Assembly (NCBI GenBank): GCA_951406725.2
Contig: OX597824.1
Location: 5,952,001-6,016,000 of the forward strand
DNA from: Octopus vulgaris
Lineage: Eukaryota
DNA length: 64,000 nucleotides
Direction: 5' to 3'
The notes beneath the pieces are model-generated. The model was not told the origin of the DNA. It saw only the letters and a list, made by a program, of their open reading frames with translations, and did no database searches. Positions 43,391 through 56,300 of this stretch are shown in pieces. Every line of letters starts with the position of its first letter. The stretch's first letter is position 1. Made by a program: the position numbers and the translations under genes.

Positions 43391-43561
43391 ATTCTTTTAT
43401 GCTGTTTATGTATGTATGCATGTATGTATGAACGTATGAATGTATGTATGTACGTATGCGTGCATATATATACATATATATATAACATTCTTTTATGCTG
43501 TTTATGTATGTATGCATGTATGTATGAATGTATGTATGTACGTATGTATGCGTGCATATAT

Positions 43562-43631
<70 letters not shown>

Positions 43632-43783
43632 CATTCTTTTATGCTATTTATGTATGTATGCATGTATGTATGAATGTATGTATGTATGAATGTATTCGTG
43701 CATATATATACATATATATACATAACATTCTTTTATGCTGTTTATGTATGTATGTATGAATGTATATATGTACGTATGTATGC

Positions 43784-43790
<7 letters not shown>
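43391..43790. repeat. Higher-order tandem repeat of a compound microsatellite (4 units)
   Basis: Anchor ATTCTTTTATGCT.TTTATG at 43391, 43487, 43633 and 43727. Confidence 0.9.
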
Positions 43791-43823
<33 letters not shown>

Positions 43824-44199
43824 AATATATGTAACAAAGTGTAAACGTGTATGTATATATACACAATCAGAAATGCACAGACAGCCACATACATATACAT
43901 GCGTACCTCTACTATATGTGTGTGTATGTTTGTGTGTAGAAAGGTGTGTGTGTATATTTGTGTTTAGCGGGTGTTTTTGCATTTATAGAAGATGCATCGT
44001 TGAGCGTGTTAGATATTAACGGTTTTTAGATATGTTGTAGCTTAGCAGTTAACTACTTTTAATATTCTTATAAATTAGCGGAAATAATTATCTAATCAGG
44101 CGAATCGAATCGATGACCTGTCAGTCCGGGGCATCTTGTGGTTGAGAACCTAGACCCTATCCCAGTCCACGTTAAACGATCTCATAAATTTTCAATTTA

Positions 44200-45100
44200 A
44201 ACTTCGCTTCTATTCCTCTATACTCTGGGCGATGTTTTCGCTTTACTCGTGAGCGATGAACTCTGTTGAAGATTAATACAGGTATTGATGTACGATTCTG
44301 CAAATGAATACCTCTGTCTATTAATGTTAAGCAGTTTACATGAGATTTCTATCTTTCAGGAACATATAGGAGTCTATTACTGTCCAGAAGACGGTTTGAA
44401 ATGTAGTGGACCTCCTAAGCTTCGCACAGGGAATAACCATTGATTAGGTGTAGTAAAGCAAAGTTGTGACGGAACTGATCGTTAATTAAACTTTAATATT
44501 TTAAAAGGGATGGAATTTAAGAAATAATACAAAAGACTAGATCTGATCAAAGATGTGAGAAATGCACTACTCTCGTACCTGTTCTCACCTATCTGCACAG
44601 GAGTACATTAGAAATAGCAAAATTTATTGTCTTAAGGTAATGGAATGAGAAGAGCTCGTCTACTCGGTACTTTGGGATAACCATAGAAGTCGTTGCAGTT
44701 GTTCTTGATGCTTGTAGATGTAGCTATTCAGGTGTTTGTACGCTAAGACATTAAGGGTTCGAATTGAAGGGCGTTACACATTTTCATCAAGTTCATCAAT
44801 TGGTCACATACAAACGCTCTCATTACCTCGTATCTTTGAACGCAAAATGTATTTGGTGCTTTTGCTTACACCGTACGGATGCGTGTGAATTTGAGAAGAA
44901 GCATTTTAGGTGAGTTCTCTGTTGTGTGTGTATTCACGCGCGTCGTTTTTGAGGTTGAAACAAAACCAGCAACCAGCGCGGTGGCTTCATCGGTAAAGTA
45001 GCTGCATCGATAAATGCTTCATTACTGAAACTTGAATGGCAATCGACAGTTTTACATTTCCAGTAACGACTGCATCGAAGCAAACATGTCAGAATTCTGA
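44200..45100 (-). mobile_element. Very old Gypsy RNase H/integrase remnant
   Basis: Minus-strand traces FTDEATALVAGFV (TDAS..A.GAVL-like), VIPK, and NCLTLIDR (YCLT.IDR-like). Confidence 0.35.
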
Positions 45101-45699
45101 CCATCAATAAAGATCCTTCGTATGAAATAAATACGTATATAAATATTTATATCTCTGTATATCAGTTGACAGAGACATTAACTCACGCAGAATATATCCT
45201 TGCTTGTGAATATAATCATTCTTTCTTGGCGTGCATTAGCATTTGAAAATAGCAGTATATGAATACTTTCACTCTATTCACATACAATTTGCGCAATCAC
45301 ATAATGCACCCTTCCTTCGTCTTGCCCTTTATCCGTCTTTATATATTCTGTGTGTTTGTGTGTGTGCGCGCGTGCTTGTATGTAGGTGTACCTGTGTACG
45401 TGTTAGCACGTATTTAATTCCATAGACTGACCTCGCCACGTTTACCCAGTTACCAACACTTAATTCACCGAATATATGGAACCTTGTCGTCCTATCACTT
45501 TCTATATTCATCTGTCAACGTACGAGCATACAAACATACATATCTACATACAAACATACATACAGACAGACAGACAGACAGACAGATATACATGTTGGCT
45601 GTCAGTTCATAAACGAGAATGACCTTTACTGAAAAATTATGATACCCTCGATATTAAAACAATGGCTGTCAGCAATTCCCAGGCTGAAATTTAAAACGA

Positions 45700-46200
45700 A
45701 TAGCAGCTTGAACGACACTGCTGAGATTCCCACTTACAAAGCTAAGGACTCCAAACATAAGCAAGAGGTTTGCAGTGACATGAGTTCCTATCTCCTTGAG
45801 AGTTGTGTAGACAAAGACGAGAGTTCTCTCACACCCAGCTGTTGCATGACCGTTAACACTTCTGAGTTTATCCGCTCTTTGATAGGTTTTGTTTATCGCC
45901 CTGCAGGTTGTCCACAGAAAAACCACCTCCATACCAAACAGGTTTGGTAGGGTTGCCGGTTCTGTCGCCGGCTGCTCGACTATGCGCCATGTTATACTGT
46001 TTTACAAGTTACCAATAACATTTAGATTGACTAGACGCAACATATACACTCATACGTGCAAATGTACGCTTGTACGGGATGTGAATATCCTTTTAAAAAT
46101 GGACAGCTGTACCGGAATCCCCAATCACCACATCAAGACAATAAATTCACTTTGTGCACTTCGCTTTCTAAGTAAAGGCTTAAGCGACAATCTGCATCCA
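45700..46200 (+). mobile_element. Possible LINE APE-endonuclease remnant
   Basis: LIGFVYRP and DVNI (GDFN-like) traces. Confidence 0.3.
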
Positions 46201-46461
46201 TCAACTCGCGTTTTCAGAAAAGGTAATCAGGCAGGTAATTCGTACATTACAAATACATTTGTGTAAGCGGAACGGACAAAATATGCAAAAATCGTTCTCA
46301 ATCCAGAATGTGACTTCGTTATTGTTACGCACTTTGCAATGTTGGAGCTATGTATCTTTGATATGTACCAGTTCCTTCTTCTGAGGAAGAATTCACATAA
46401 TGTGTGTGTATATGTATATAACATCAAACACACATACACACACGCGGGTGCACACGCACAA

Positions 46462-46496
<35 letters not shown>

Positions 46497-46528
46497 TATA
46501 TATATACACACATATGCATCTACGTATT

Positions 46529-46564
<36 letters not shown>

Positions 46565-46567
<3 letters not shown>

Positions 46568-46671
46568 CAAATTTGAAATAAGGGTGAGAAATTAGATATT
46601 AATTTAATTAACTGGTGTGAAATCGATTTTAATTAAATTAATATCTAATTTCTCACCCTTATTTTAAATTT

Positions 46672-46675
<4 letters not shown>
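46565..46675. repeat. 47-bp-arm palindrome inside (TA)n
   Basis: AAATAAGGGTGAGAAATTAGATATTAATTTAATTAA and its exact reverse complement; 17-nt loop. Confidence 0.95.
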
Positions 46676-46715
<40 letters not shown>

Positions 46716-46814
46716 CACATATGCATATATATCTGTATGCATATGCATGCATGTATATATGTATATGTATGTATAAATGTATAATATATATATGTGCTGT
46801 GGGTGCGCGCGTGT

Positions 46815-47010
46815 GTGTGTGCCCCAATGTCACTTGACATCGATGCTTGTGTGTTTACGTCCCCGTAACCTAGCGGTTCGGCAGAAGAGGCCGATACAAT
46901 AAGTACTAGGCTTACAAAGAATAAGTCCTTAAGGGTCGATTTACTCGACTGAAGGTGGTGCTCCAGCATGGCCGCAGTGAAAATGACTGAAACGAATAAA
47001 ATAATAAAAG
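46815..47010 (+). mobile_element. SINE family A tail
   Basis: GTTTACGTCCCCGTAACCTAGCGGTTCGGCA...GCTCCAGCATGGCCGCAGT. Confidence 0.9.
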
Positions 47011-47024
47011 AAGATACATAGATG

Positions 47025-47310
47025 CACACACGTACACACACACACCCACACACACGTACACACACACGTACACACACACGTACACACACACGTACACACA
47101 CACGTACACTCACACGTACACACACACGTACACACACACGTACACTCACACGTACACACACACGTACACACACACGTACACACACACGTACACTCACACG
47201 TACACACACACGTACACACACACGTACACTCACACGTACTCACACACGTACACTCACACGTACACACACACGTACACACACACGTACACACACACGTACA
47301 CTCACACGCA
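47025..47310. repeat. (CACACACGTA)n 10-bp minisatellite
   Basis: Directly visible, with CACTCACACGTA-type variants. Confidence 0.95.
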
Positions 47311-47610
47311 CATATATAGAGAGTGATTGGAAAGGTACTGCTTATTTTGAAATACTCTTTTATTCTTTCTCTCTTTTACTTGTTTCAGTCATTTGACTGC
47401 GGCCATGCTGGAGCACCGGCTTTAATCGAGCAACTCGACCCCGGGACTTATTCTTTTTGGAAGCCCAGTACTTATTCTATCGTTCTATTTTGCCGAACCG
47501 CCAGGCAACGGGGACATAAACACACCAGCATCGGTTGTCAAGCAATGCTAGGGGGACAAACACAGACACACAAACACACACACGCATATATATATATACA
47601 TACATATATA

Positions 47611-48886
47611 CGAGGGACGTTCAATAAGTAATGCCTCTGACCCACTTGCAGTTGTTTGATCTAGCTGAAATTTTGCATGTGCAATCATATATATCTCTAT
47701 AGAGTAAGTGGCAAATTACAGCTCTGAATTAATTGTGGTTTCTGATTTACACGTGTTTGAACCGAGTCAAGTGTGAAATGGAGCCTGTTGAGTGTCGAGC
47801 AGTGATACGGTTTTTGTATTTGAAAGGACGCACACCACGGGAGACTTTTGATGAAATGAAAGTAACTTATGGTGATGATGCCCCATCATATGACCTTGTA
47901 AAACGCTGGCATCGTGAATTCAAACATGGTCGGAACTCTGTGGAAACAGCTCCCAGATCTGGTCGCCCCCTTCTGCCATTGATGAGGCATCTGTCCGTCA
48001 AGTTGAGGCTGCCATTTTGGAAGATCGACGCATAATTATTCGCCAAATAGCACATGAGGTCAAGATTAGTACCGGGTCTGTGGAAACTATCATTCATGAC
48101 CATTTGCATATGCAAAAGGTGTCTGCCAGATGGATTCCCAGGTTGCTCACGCCTTTCCAGAAGCAAGAACGCGTCGAGTGCTCGAGGGTGAATTTGGAGA
48201 TGTGCCAAGAAGATGAGTCAAAATTTTTCAAAAGACTGATTACACAGGATGAAATCTGGGTCCATCACGATGATCCAGTCAATGCAGTGGAGGCACCGTG
48301 ACTCGACCCCTCAAAAGAAAGCAAGGGTGCAGCCCTCCGCTGGCAAGGTCATGCTCACAGTCTTCTGGGACCAGGACGGAGTAGTTATGACAGATTTCCT
48401 GGCAAAGAGTACCACAATTGCAGGAGCCTATTAGCTTCACTTTTGAGGAAATTAAGAGAAGTTATCAAAATCAAGAGGCGGGGCAAGATCAGCAAAGGAA
48501 TCCTCCTCCTGCAGTACAACGCTCCGGTCCACAACTCGCTTGTCGCCAGATCAGAAGCACAGGCGTATGGCTATGAACTCCTCCCCATCCCCCCTACTTT
48601 CCTGACCTTGCACCCTCTTATTTTCACCTCTTCCCAATCATGAAGTTGTTTTTGAAAGGAAAGCGTTTCCCAGATGATGCAGCCTTGATTTCTGAAGTCA
48701 CGTTGAGGTTGGAGGACCAAGCTGGGTTCTTCTACAAAAACGGTCTCCAGAGCCGCATCAAACGATGGGAGAAATGCGTAACTCTGGGTGGTTCCTATGT
48801 AGAAAAAGACTAATAACTGTGCCAAGTTTCGTTGCTCTGCTGCTATGGGAAGTGGGTCAGGGGCATTACTTATTGAACGCTCCTCG
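47611..48886 (+). mobile_element. Full-length mariner (DD34D, irritans/Hsmar2-like), 1276 bp, with TIRs and TA TSD
   Basis: Left TIR CGAGGGACGTTCAATAAGTAATGCCTCTGACCCACTT; right end AAGTGGGTCAGGGGCATTACTTATTGAACGCTCCTCG; TA on both sides. Confidence 0.95.
47778..48813 (+). pseudogene. Mariner transposase pseudogene
   Basis: MEPVECRAVIRFLYLKG...RSGRP, WIPRLL, ITQDEIW, LLQYNAPVH (second D lost), PYFPDLAPSYFHLF; several frameshifts and stops. Confidence 0.92.
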
Positions 48887-49139
48887 TACATATATACGAC
48901 GGGCTTCTTTTCAGTTTCCGTCTACCAAATTCACTCACAAGGCTTTGGTCGGCCTGAGGCTATAGTAGAAGACACTTGCCCAAGGTGCCACGCAGTGGGA
49001 CTGAACCCGGAACCATGTGGTTGGTAAACAAGCTACTTACCACACAGTCACTCCTGCACCTATACCTACAAATTATTTATTAATTGTAAATTTTTTTCTC
49101 AATTTATGTTTGTTTGTTAGTCTCTAATTGTATTGCTCT

Positions 49140-49520
49140 TGTCGTTCGTGATTGGCGGAATGCCCAGTTCCCCAGTATATGGGATGGGTTGACGTGGTCC
49201 ACACCAGTGGCCAGCCAAGAGTCCCGACTTAACACCCCGTGACATTTTTCTTTGGCGTTGGTTAAAGGAAGACGTTCACTGTGCCAAACCAAAGACTTTA
49301 AAGAACTTGAAGGGCGAATACGAGAAATTATATGCCTTCTATCCCTCCAGAGATAATGGTGAAGTCAGTTGACGCAATTCCGGGGCGACGCAAGTTGCTG
49401 GTGGCGACGTCTGGAGCCCATATGGAATTTTAAATAAAACCTCATACTGAAAGCTTTGCTCACATATCCATTTTTAACTATAACTATTTTCAAACAGCCG
49501 CTTACTTTTCAGTCACCCTG
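49140..49520 (+). mobile_element. Tc1/mariner-superfamily 3' fragment with terminal repeat
   Basis: RGPHQWPAKSPDLTPRDIFLWRWLKEDVHCAKPKTLKELEGRIRE; ends TCACCCTG|TA. Confidence 0.8.
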
Positions 49521-50344
49521 TATATATTCTAATTCAGTTTTTGCCTGTCGCATCTGAAGACAACACTTGTATTATGTCAAAAACTTATATAACACGACAT
49601 CCTAATTATCGCAAATTACTTCCAGACGTTTGGTTTAGGAGAATTATAGTCTTTAGAAATTATATCTTCACCATAATAACAACTCTTCATTTCTTACCAT
49701 TGTCTCCTCACGTAATATTATGTAACAGTTTCGTGTTTTACTTAATTTATAAAACTCAGGTCCACTAATTCCTGAACAATATAATTCTTAGATCCAAGAT
49801 ATTCTTAAACACTAAATTCTGTGGGTCAGCTGCTTTAGCAAGTCCCCCAAGGAATTTCTCCTCTTGATTAGGAAGTTAAATGAACTTCTTTCCCCGATGA
49901 TAGCCTTTTCGGTTGAAACGATTTCCGAATCAGAGAGGAAAAGATTATGAGTAAATTGTATACCGTGTGTATGTATGTGTTCGTGCGTGTGTGCTGTTGT
50001 GTGTATGTATGTATGTATGTATGTATGTATGTATGTATGTATGTATGTATGTATGTATGTATGTATGTGTGTATGTGTGTGTGTATTTCAGTGCATATGT
50101 GTGTATGTGCGTGTGTGAGTGTGTATTTGTTTAGGATTTGTATAATTTATACATATATAGATAGATAATTGTATGTCTGAAATTATATGATGGTGTGTAA
50201 TTTATATATATATATTTTATATACACATATGCATGTGTGTATATAAAACAAATATAATATATATATACATATATATATATACATATATATATATACATAT
50301 ATATACGTATACATATATGTACACACACAAACACATATGCACAT

Positions 50345-50409
<65 letters not shown>

Positions 50410-51024
50410 GGATATTCCTATTCGAAGTCTCTTTTGTTGATGCATGGTTGATGTAGTGATATACACACTGAAGTGAGTGATTATTCATTCCGAATCTAAT
50501 TATAAATACAGACATAAAATCCACATATCTCGTAGAAAAAAAGAACTGCATTAGTCACATAGGATTTCGGATGGATGAAAGACTCATAGAAATCGTTTGA
50601 AAGCTAAATCATACTTCCGTTAACGTCTCACAATAATTACTGTATCTCGCCGTATTACTGACGCCTGAAATTACTAGTAGCAGGAGAAACACCAACTACA
50701 AAGTCAGAGCTACGCGTAACCAATATTCTACACCAGCGCAATAACTATATAATTGTATCTTCAGGATGAGCGAGAGGAAAGGACTTACTTTTTGAATGAC
50801 AATCAATTCGAACGAGTAACGTGTAACTATACATAATAGTATGTTGCGTGTTCCACTGATGTTATGACACCAACGACGACGACAACAACAACAACACTAG
50901 CGACACCAATGTCAATGATACAGGTTGCCACTGTGTTAATAACACAATCAGAATGAGAAGAACACCGTCGTAAAATAACAGAAATAACAAACATCAAAAA
51001 TCAACAGTGACAGCAGCAACAATG

Positions 51025-51054
51025 CTAATAATAATAATTATTATCATAATAATA

Positions 51055-51097
<43 letters not shown>

Positions 51098-51128
51098 CAA
51101 CAATGATAATAATAATAATAATAATAAT

Positions 51129-51210
<82 letters not shown>

Positions 51211-51362
51211 GGAAGAAGAAGGAGGAGGAGGAGGAGGAGGAAGAAGGAGAAGGAGGAGGAGGAGGAGGAGAAGAAGGAGAAGAAGGAGGAGAAGAAGAAG
51301 AAGAAGAAGAAGAAGAAGAAGAAGAAGAAGAAGAAGAAGAAGAAGAAGAAGAAGAAGAAGAG
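51025..51362. repeat. Serial trinucleotide tracts (AAT)(AAC)(AAT)(AGG)(AAG)
   Basis: Directly visible. Confidence 0.95.
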
Positions 51363-51499
51363 TTTTGGGCGCAAGATCAACCTCACGCAGATGGAAACCT
51401 AAGTTTGCTTTACCAAACTATTTCTGCTTTTGATCAGTATTGTCTATTGTCTATCGTCATCATCATCATCGTTATTGTTATGAAAATCTCTCAGCTTAT

Positions 51500-52130
51500 T
51501 TCGCTGGGTATGATGGAAAAGTCTCAGCTGCCCACACCCGGTCAGTCTCAGGTGACGCTTGTTTACTGGTAATGTTTCAAGAAGCCCGCGAACTCTGGCA
51601 GTTCCAAGCAATGCTGATTTTTCTAAGTGTTCTTTATGTTTCTACCCGTCCTTTCGAGCCGTGTACATACTGGAGCATTGATACTTCAAACCGCGCCAAT
51701 TATTATTGGTATCACATCCACTCTCTTCATTGCCCACAACCTGTGCATTTTCCCTCTTCAACTCGTCATGGTTATTCACTTCGATCCTGTGGTCACCGGA
51801 ACATGCTATGTCGATTATCAAGCATGTTATTTTCCTTTTAGCTCACCACAACTATCTCAGATTTTCGATGTCTAATCTGATGGCATCCCACAAAATTTAG
51901 CAGTCTTCACTCTGAACAATTCCCTTTGAGATTTGGTCATACCATTTCTTTGATCTTTCTAGGCCATAACGTACATAGTGATTCTAATAGACAATTCTTG
52001 CTACATTATCATGTCTGTTTTATTTATGCTGTACGAATTTCGGGCATTTACTAACAACGTGTCTCAATGTTTCACTCCTTTCACTACACATTCTGCGTTT
52101 GCCACACCTACTTTTGTTTTCAATTCTGCT
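51500..52130 (-). mobile_element. R4/Dong-like RLE LINE 3' remnant
   Basis: Minus strand gives KWYDQ...ILWD, VIPIIIGA, ALLGTARV. Confidence 0.65.
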
Positions 52131-52149
52131 CTTCACACAGTCTGCCTTC

Positions 52150-52900
52150 AATACTTGTTCTTATGCCGCGAATATAAGTGCTTCTGTTAAGGAATTCCAA
52201 AAGGTGCCCAAGGTTGTTGTTGGAGAAATGGGGGTAACCTTGTGGATGTCTGCCATGTCAGTTGCCAGAGCTTTAATGTGTCCTTGTCCAGGAAGGCAAG
52301 ACGTTCAGAATATGGGAGATGCCTGACGGCGGGTATACCTTTGGTTGTACGTTTCTGAACAGTTTCCAGGAATTGATATGCTGAGCAATATAGGGGCTCC
52401 TGACTGGTGATGCAGACTCTAAATGTGGACTACCATAGTCATATACAGATGTAAATAGATAGCTGGAGAGCGGCTGGAAAAGGCCTTACTGAGTGTTATT
52501 AAGACACCCTGAGCGTTCTTGACAACGTTAGAGATGCGGTTTGTCCAACGTAGATCACTATTTACAATAATACCCAGGTCACATTCAATAACAGAATCTC
52601 AAAGTTTGCTGATGTTGTCGGAGAATGTAGAAGCTGGGTTTTTCCCTCTTAAAGTTCATCGCAAAGCACTCATCTCATCCACAGCTAGCTTGAGTTGCCT
52701 GTCAGTAACCCATTGCTACATTATGTCCAAGTCTGATTGCAGGAAAGACCTATATCGTATATTTTAATCCCGAGGTACAAAATGATGTCATCTGCATATT
52801 TCAACATTAATATATGCAACAAGCAACAGGGGCCCAAGAAAGGATCCCTGTGGTACACCAGATATCATCTCATGCAGTGAAGAATGATCTACAACCGAAA
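52150..52900 (-). mobile_element. CR1/L2-clade LINE RT remnant
   Basis: GVPQGSFLGPLL, KYADD, LQSDLD..QW, DLGIIVNSDLRW. Confidence 0.85.
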
Positions 52901-53222
52901 CCTCTTTTTGCTCGAGAATGAAGGATATCAGCCAGTTATTGAGATCATCCTTTACATCCATTGCAGAGAGTTTTTTTCTTTTCCTCTGACCGTGTTGATC
53001 GGAACTTTACTTTTTTGTGTTTTTTTCCCTTTTTCTTTTTCATTTTCGACAAGAAAAGTTCTACATTTGTATTTGTCTCCTCTGTGTTCAGCCCTGTGTG
53101 GCCAATAAAAAAGTTATCTATTAATCTATCTTTCTGTCTCTCTATCTATCTATAGCCAGCCAGCCAGCCAGCCAGACAGACAGACACACAGACAGATAGA
53201 TAGAGAGAGAGAGCTAGCTAGC

Positions 53223-53275
<53 letters not shown>

Positions 53276-53277
53276 GG

Positions 53278-53440
53278 ATGACGGGCTTCTGGTTCCCGTC
53301 TCCCATATCCACTCGCAAGTATTTGGCCGGCCAGAGACAGACTATAGCAGAAGACACTTGTCCGATCTACCATGCAGTAGGACCGAACCTGGAACCATGC
53401 AGCTGGGGAGCAAACCGCTAACCACACAACCACACATGTT
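53278..53440 (-). mobile_element. Diverged SINE family A head
   Basis: GACGGGCTTC...CTATAGCAGAAGACACTTG...GGAACCATG. Confidence 0.75.
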
Positions 53441-54329
53441 CCTATAATTGTTGATGTTTCAATCATTTTGACACCACCAATATCCAGAGAAGAATTTTAA
53501 CTATTAAAGTATGACTCGCGTATCATTGACAAACTCTTCGATTCGATTAGGTTTTTCTTTTAACAAAAGTTCAACAATTTTCATTTCTCTTCGAGACATA
53601 TTTAATCTGAATATATTTGATTTTATCTTATTTTGACCTTAACATAGTTTGTGTAAGGCGCTTCGCATTAAGTGGTTCAATTAGATTTCTTGTGTTAGGT
53701 ATAGATTATCTTCTCTCTTTAAATAAATTTCCTTTTCTATAATAATATTTTAACCTCGAGAGAATCTGCTTTAAGTATGCTCCTAAGAACTGGAAGTGCA
53801 ATATGCCATATTGCTTTTTATCACTTAAGTACTTCTGATAAATGTATAGCAGATGGATGATATTGAATATGTAAAACAAACTTAGAACACAGTGCCTACA
53901 GAGAAATGCATACTCAATTCCTACGCAACTATTAAATCCTCTTGCGTATCATTTACTCTGTTACATCAAACGTGTAGTATATACGTTTCAGAGATCAGTG
54001 GATTACACAGAAATTTAACTAGAATACAATGTCTAAGATCAAATGTAAACAAGCATAAAACGAACATTAGCAATAAGTTGCTTGTAAAATCTGTTATTTT
54101 TTAAATTTGCATTTTAAAGTTAACTTTCTTTTGGACGGAGCAACAGATATAACGTATTCTTAACACTCAAAGTTTCTTTGCATTAAACCAATAATATTTA
54201 AATATATGTTAAACGGCTGAGTAATTCCAGTTGAAATCATAGCTGCAAGTATTTTTTTCAATGTGTCTTTGACGAGGAGGTCAGGGAAAATATGAAAGCT
54301 AAAGACAAAGATAAAATATATAATAGAGA

Positions 54330-54618
54330 GAGAACCTCCGTCGGTCAGGAAGGACCATGGGATTGCACCTAGAAAGTTACGGTCCGAGGCACAAGTCTGG
54401 GCAATATTGTTTATGGAAGACCAGCAGTCGCATATGCATATACCGATGTTACCGACGGGAAAGGCAAAGGGGCCGATACAGCTTGGCAACAGTGACGTCA
54501 CAATTCATTCCTACATCTAGGGGAACTGGAGGAAAGTGAAAAAACCTCAAAAACACAATATGCAGTCCGGTCCACGATTGTGATCCCGGTGCTCTAACCA
54601 CTGAGCCATGCGCTTTCA
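54330..54618 (-). mobile_element. SINE family C, near full length, diverged
   Basis: tRNA-like head GCGCATGGCTCAGTGGTTAGAGC on the minus strand at ~54615; body resembles the 39605 and 61171 copies. Confidence 0.7.
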
Positions 54619-55129
54619 TAAAATAGATAGTAATTAAATAAATAATAATTAAGTAAGAAGTGCAATGAATAACAAGCCTAAACGCACATTAATTACACAC
54701 ACACACACCTTGCACACATGTATATATGTGTGTGTGTGCATGTGTGTGTATAAATTGAATGAGAGTTTAAATTAGCCTCATTAAGGTGTAGTATATCCAA
54801 TGAATTACTGGTTCATTACTTAATAACACTGTAGAAGATATCAACCACACCATCAGCGGCTGCCCCCAAATTTGTACGAGACACTACCTGACCTTGAGGG
54901 ATGATATAGTTCTGAAGACTATTTATAATACCATTCCAACAGCGATTCAATGCAATCACTACATACCTGATATTGTTCTGCAGTACAGGAGACACACCAT
55001 GCACCTACATGTATGTAGGGACCAGCTGCCCAACAGGTATGAATGTACAGTCAAAAGTACAGGAAGATGAATCATTAATGGTGAATTTATGCTTAACTCA
55101 CAGCCTTGTATCTTGATTGCAAATCATCA

Positions 55130-55295
55130 TTTATAATTATCATAAGAGGTCCATTAAACTATGTACCTACAACTTTACTCGGAAATCTAAAAATGCTAGG
55201 TTTTTCAAAGAAACTGACGCGGATCCTTCAAATCCAATCTATTATTTGGCACACAGTGAAGTTTTGTAAGATATTGCAAATATTTTCTGTCTTGG
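55130..55295 (+). mobile_element. 3' end of the RLE LINE family seen at 36930
   Basis: IIRGPLNYVPTTLLGNLKMLGFS...RILQIQS...TVKFCK aligns by eye to IITGALGFVSRYLNENMDKLGFS...RTLQVQS..TVKI. Confidence 0.65.
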
Positions 55296-55483
55296 CAGTG
55301 TACCTAGACATTGCAGCCAACACGTCGACTACATATTCACAACTCTATTTACTTAAAAAGTCTCGTCGCTTTGTTAGCCACCGTCTTGAACTGCATTATT
55401 TAAGAAAAACTTAAATAAATCTTAAAGATAAAAGCAAATATATATATACACATTTGTGTATGTTTAGACCTTATATGTATGTG

Positions 55484-55523
<40 letters not shown>

Positions 55524-56300
55524 TTGTATGTATGTGCGTATTTTATAGAGTGAGAAAGATCGAGAAAAGAGAATGTATGAGAATAAAATTTACAACGCGG
55601 TGAGTTATTACGAGCAAAGTGGTTGGAGAAGAAGGAGAAGAGTAATAACAGAGAAACGATGAGTAGAATAAGCATGTACCACGGAGAGACAGGATGAATA
55701 CAATAGAAATTGCGCAAATGTAAGACCAAAATTTGAGGAATTAATTATGATTTCTCAGTACAGATACATGACACCTCGGTTCTTCATAAGAAATTTATTT
55801 TATAGGTACATGGTCCCTGCAAGACGACAAAAACAGGAGATTCGCTTTTTGAAATTGCCTTTCTTTTATGCTCTGCGATTAGAGTTCGCAACATTAACAT
55901 AGCTAAGACTGCATCGTACAGACTGGCCCCTTCCTTAAGGACTACAAAATAATTCAGCGCCAATAGCTGCTGACACTTTGCAAGATTCAGATAAGGCCTA
56001 TAAGGGGGTTCAGCTCTCTTCTTATCCGGTTCTGCTGAACCGCACACAAATAACTCGGACAGCACCTAGAAAAGGATTACATGACTGACTGACATTCAAT
56101 CATTAACGTATACGCTCCAGCCCCTCGCCCATCGCTATGCTGTTTCTTCTCTCCGTCTTTTCTAAGGCAACAAGTATTGGACCTTGTTTATTGAAGCTGA
56201 CTGGTTTCGTACCTTCACCACTCAAACACCCTCGATTCACACATGTTTCCGGTTCTTGTCATCCCTGCAATCTTGTTGAATCCAAAGCACTAACTATAAT

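Larger units (their letters stand above)
47370..49060 (-). mobile_element. SINE family A split by the mariner insertion (tail 47370-47610, head 48889-49060)
   Basis: The halves rejoin as ...CATACATATA|TA|CATATATACGACGGGCTTC, the normal central tract. Confidence 0.9.

Noticed and set aside
47025-47310. CRISPR-like or telomere-like array
   Set aside because: Simple 10-bp minisatellite without unique spacers; not TTAGGG; eukaryotic context with no cas genes
47778-48813. Active or domesticated (SETMAR-like) transposase gene
   Set aside because: Multiple frameshifts, stops and mutated catalytic motifs; intact TIRs indicate an ordinary dead insertion
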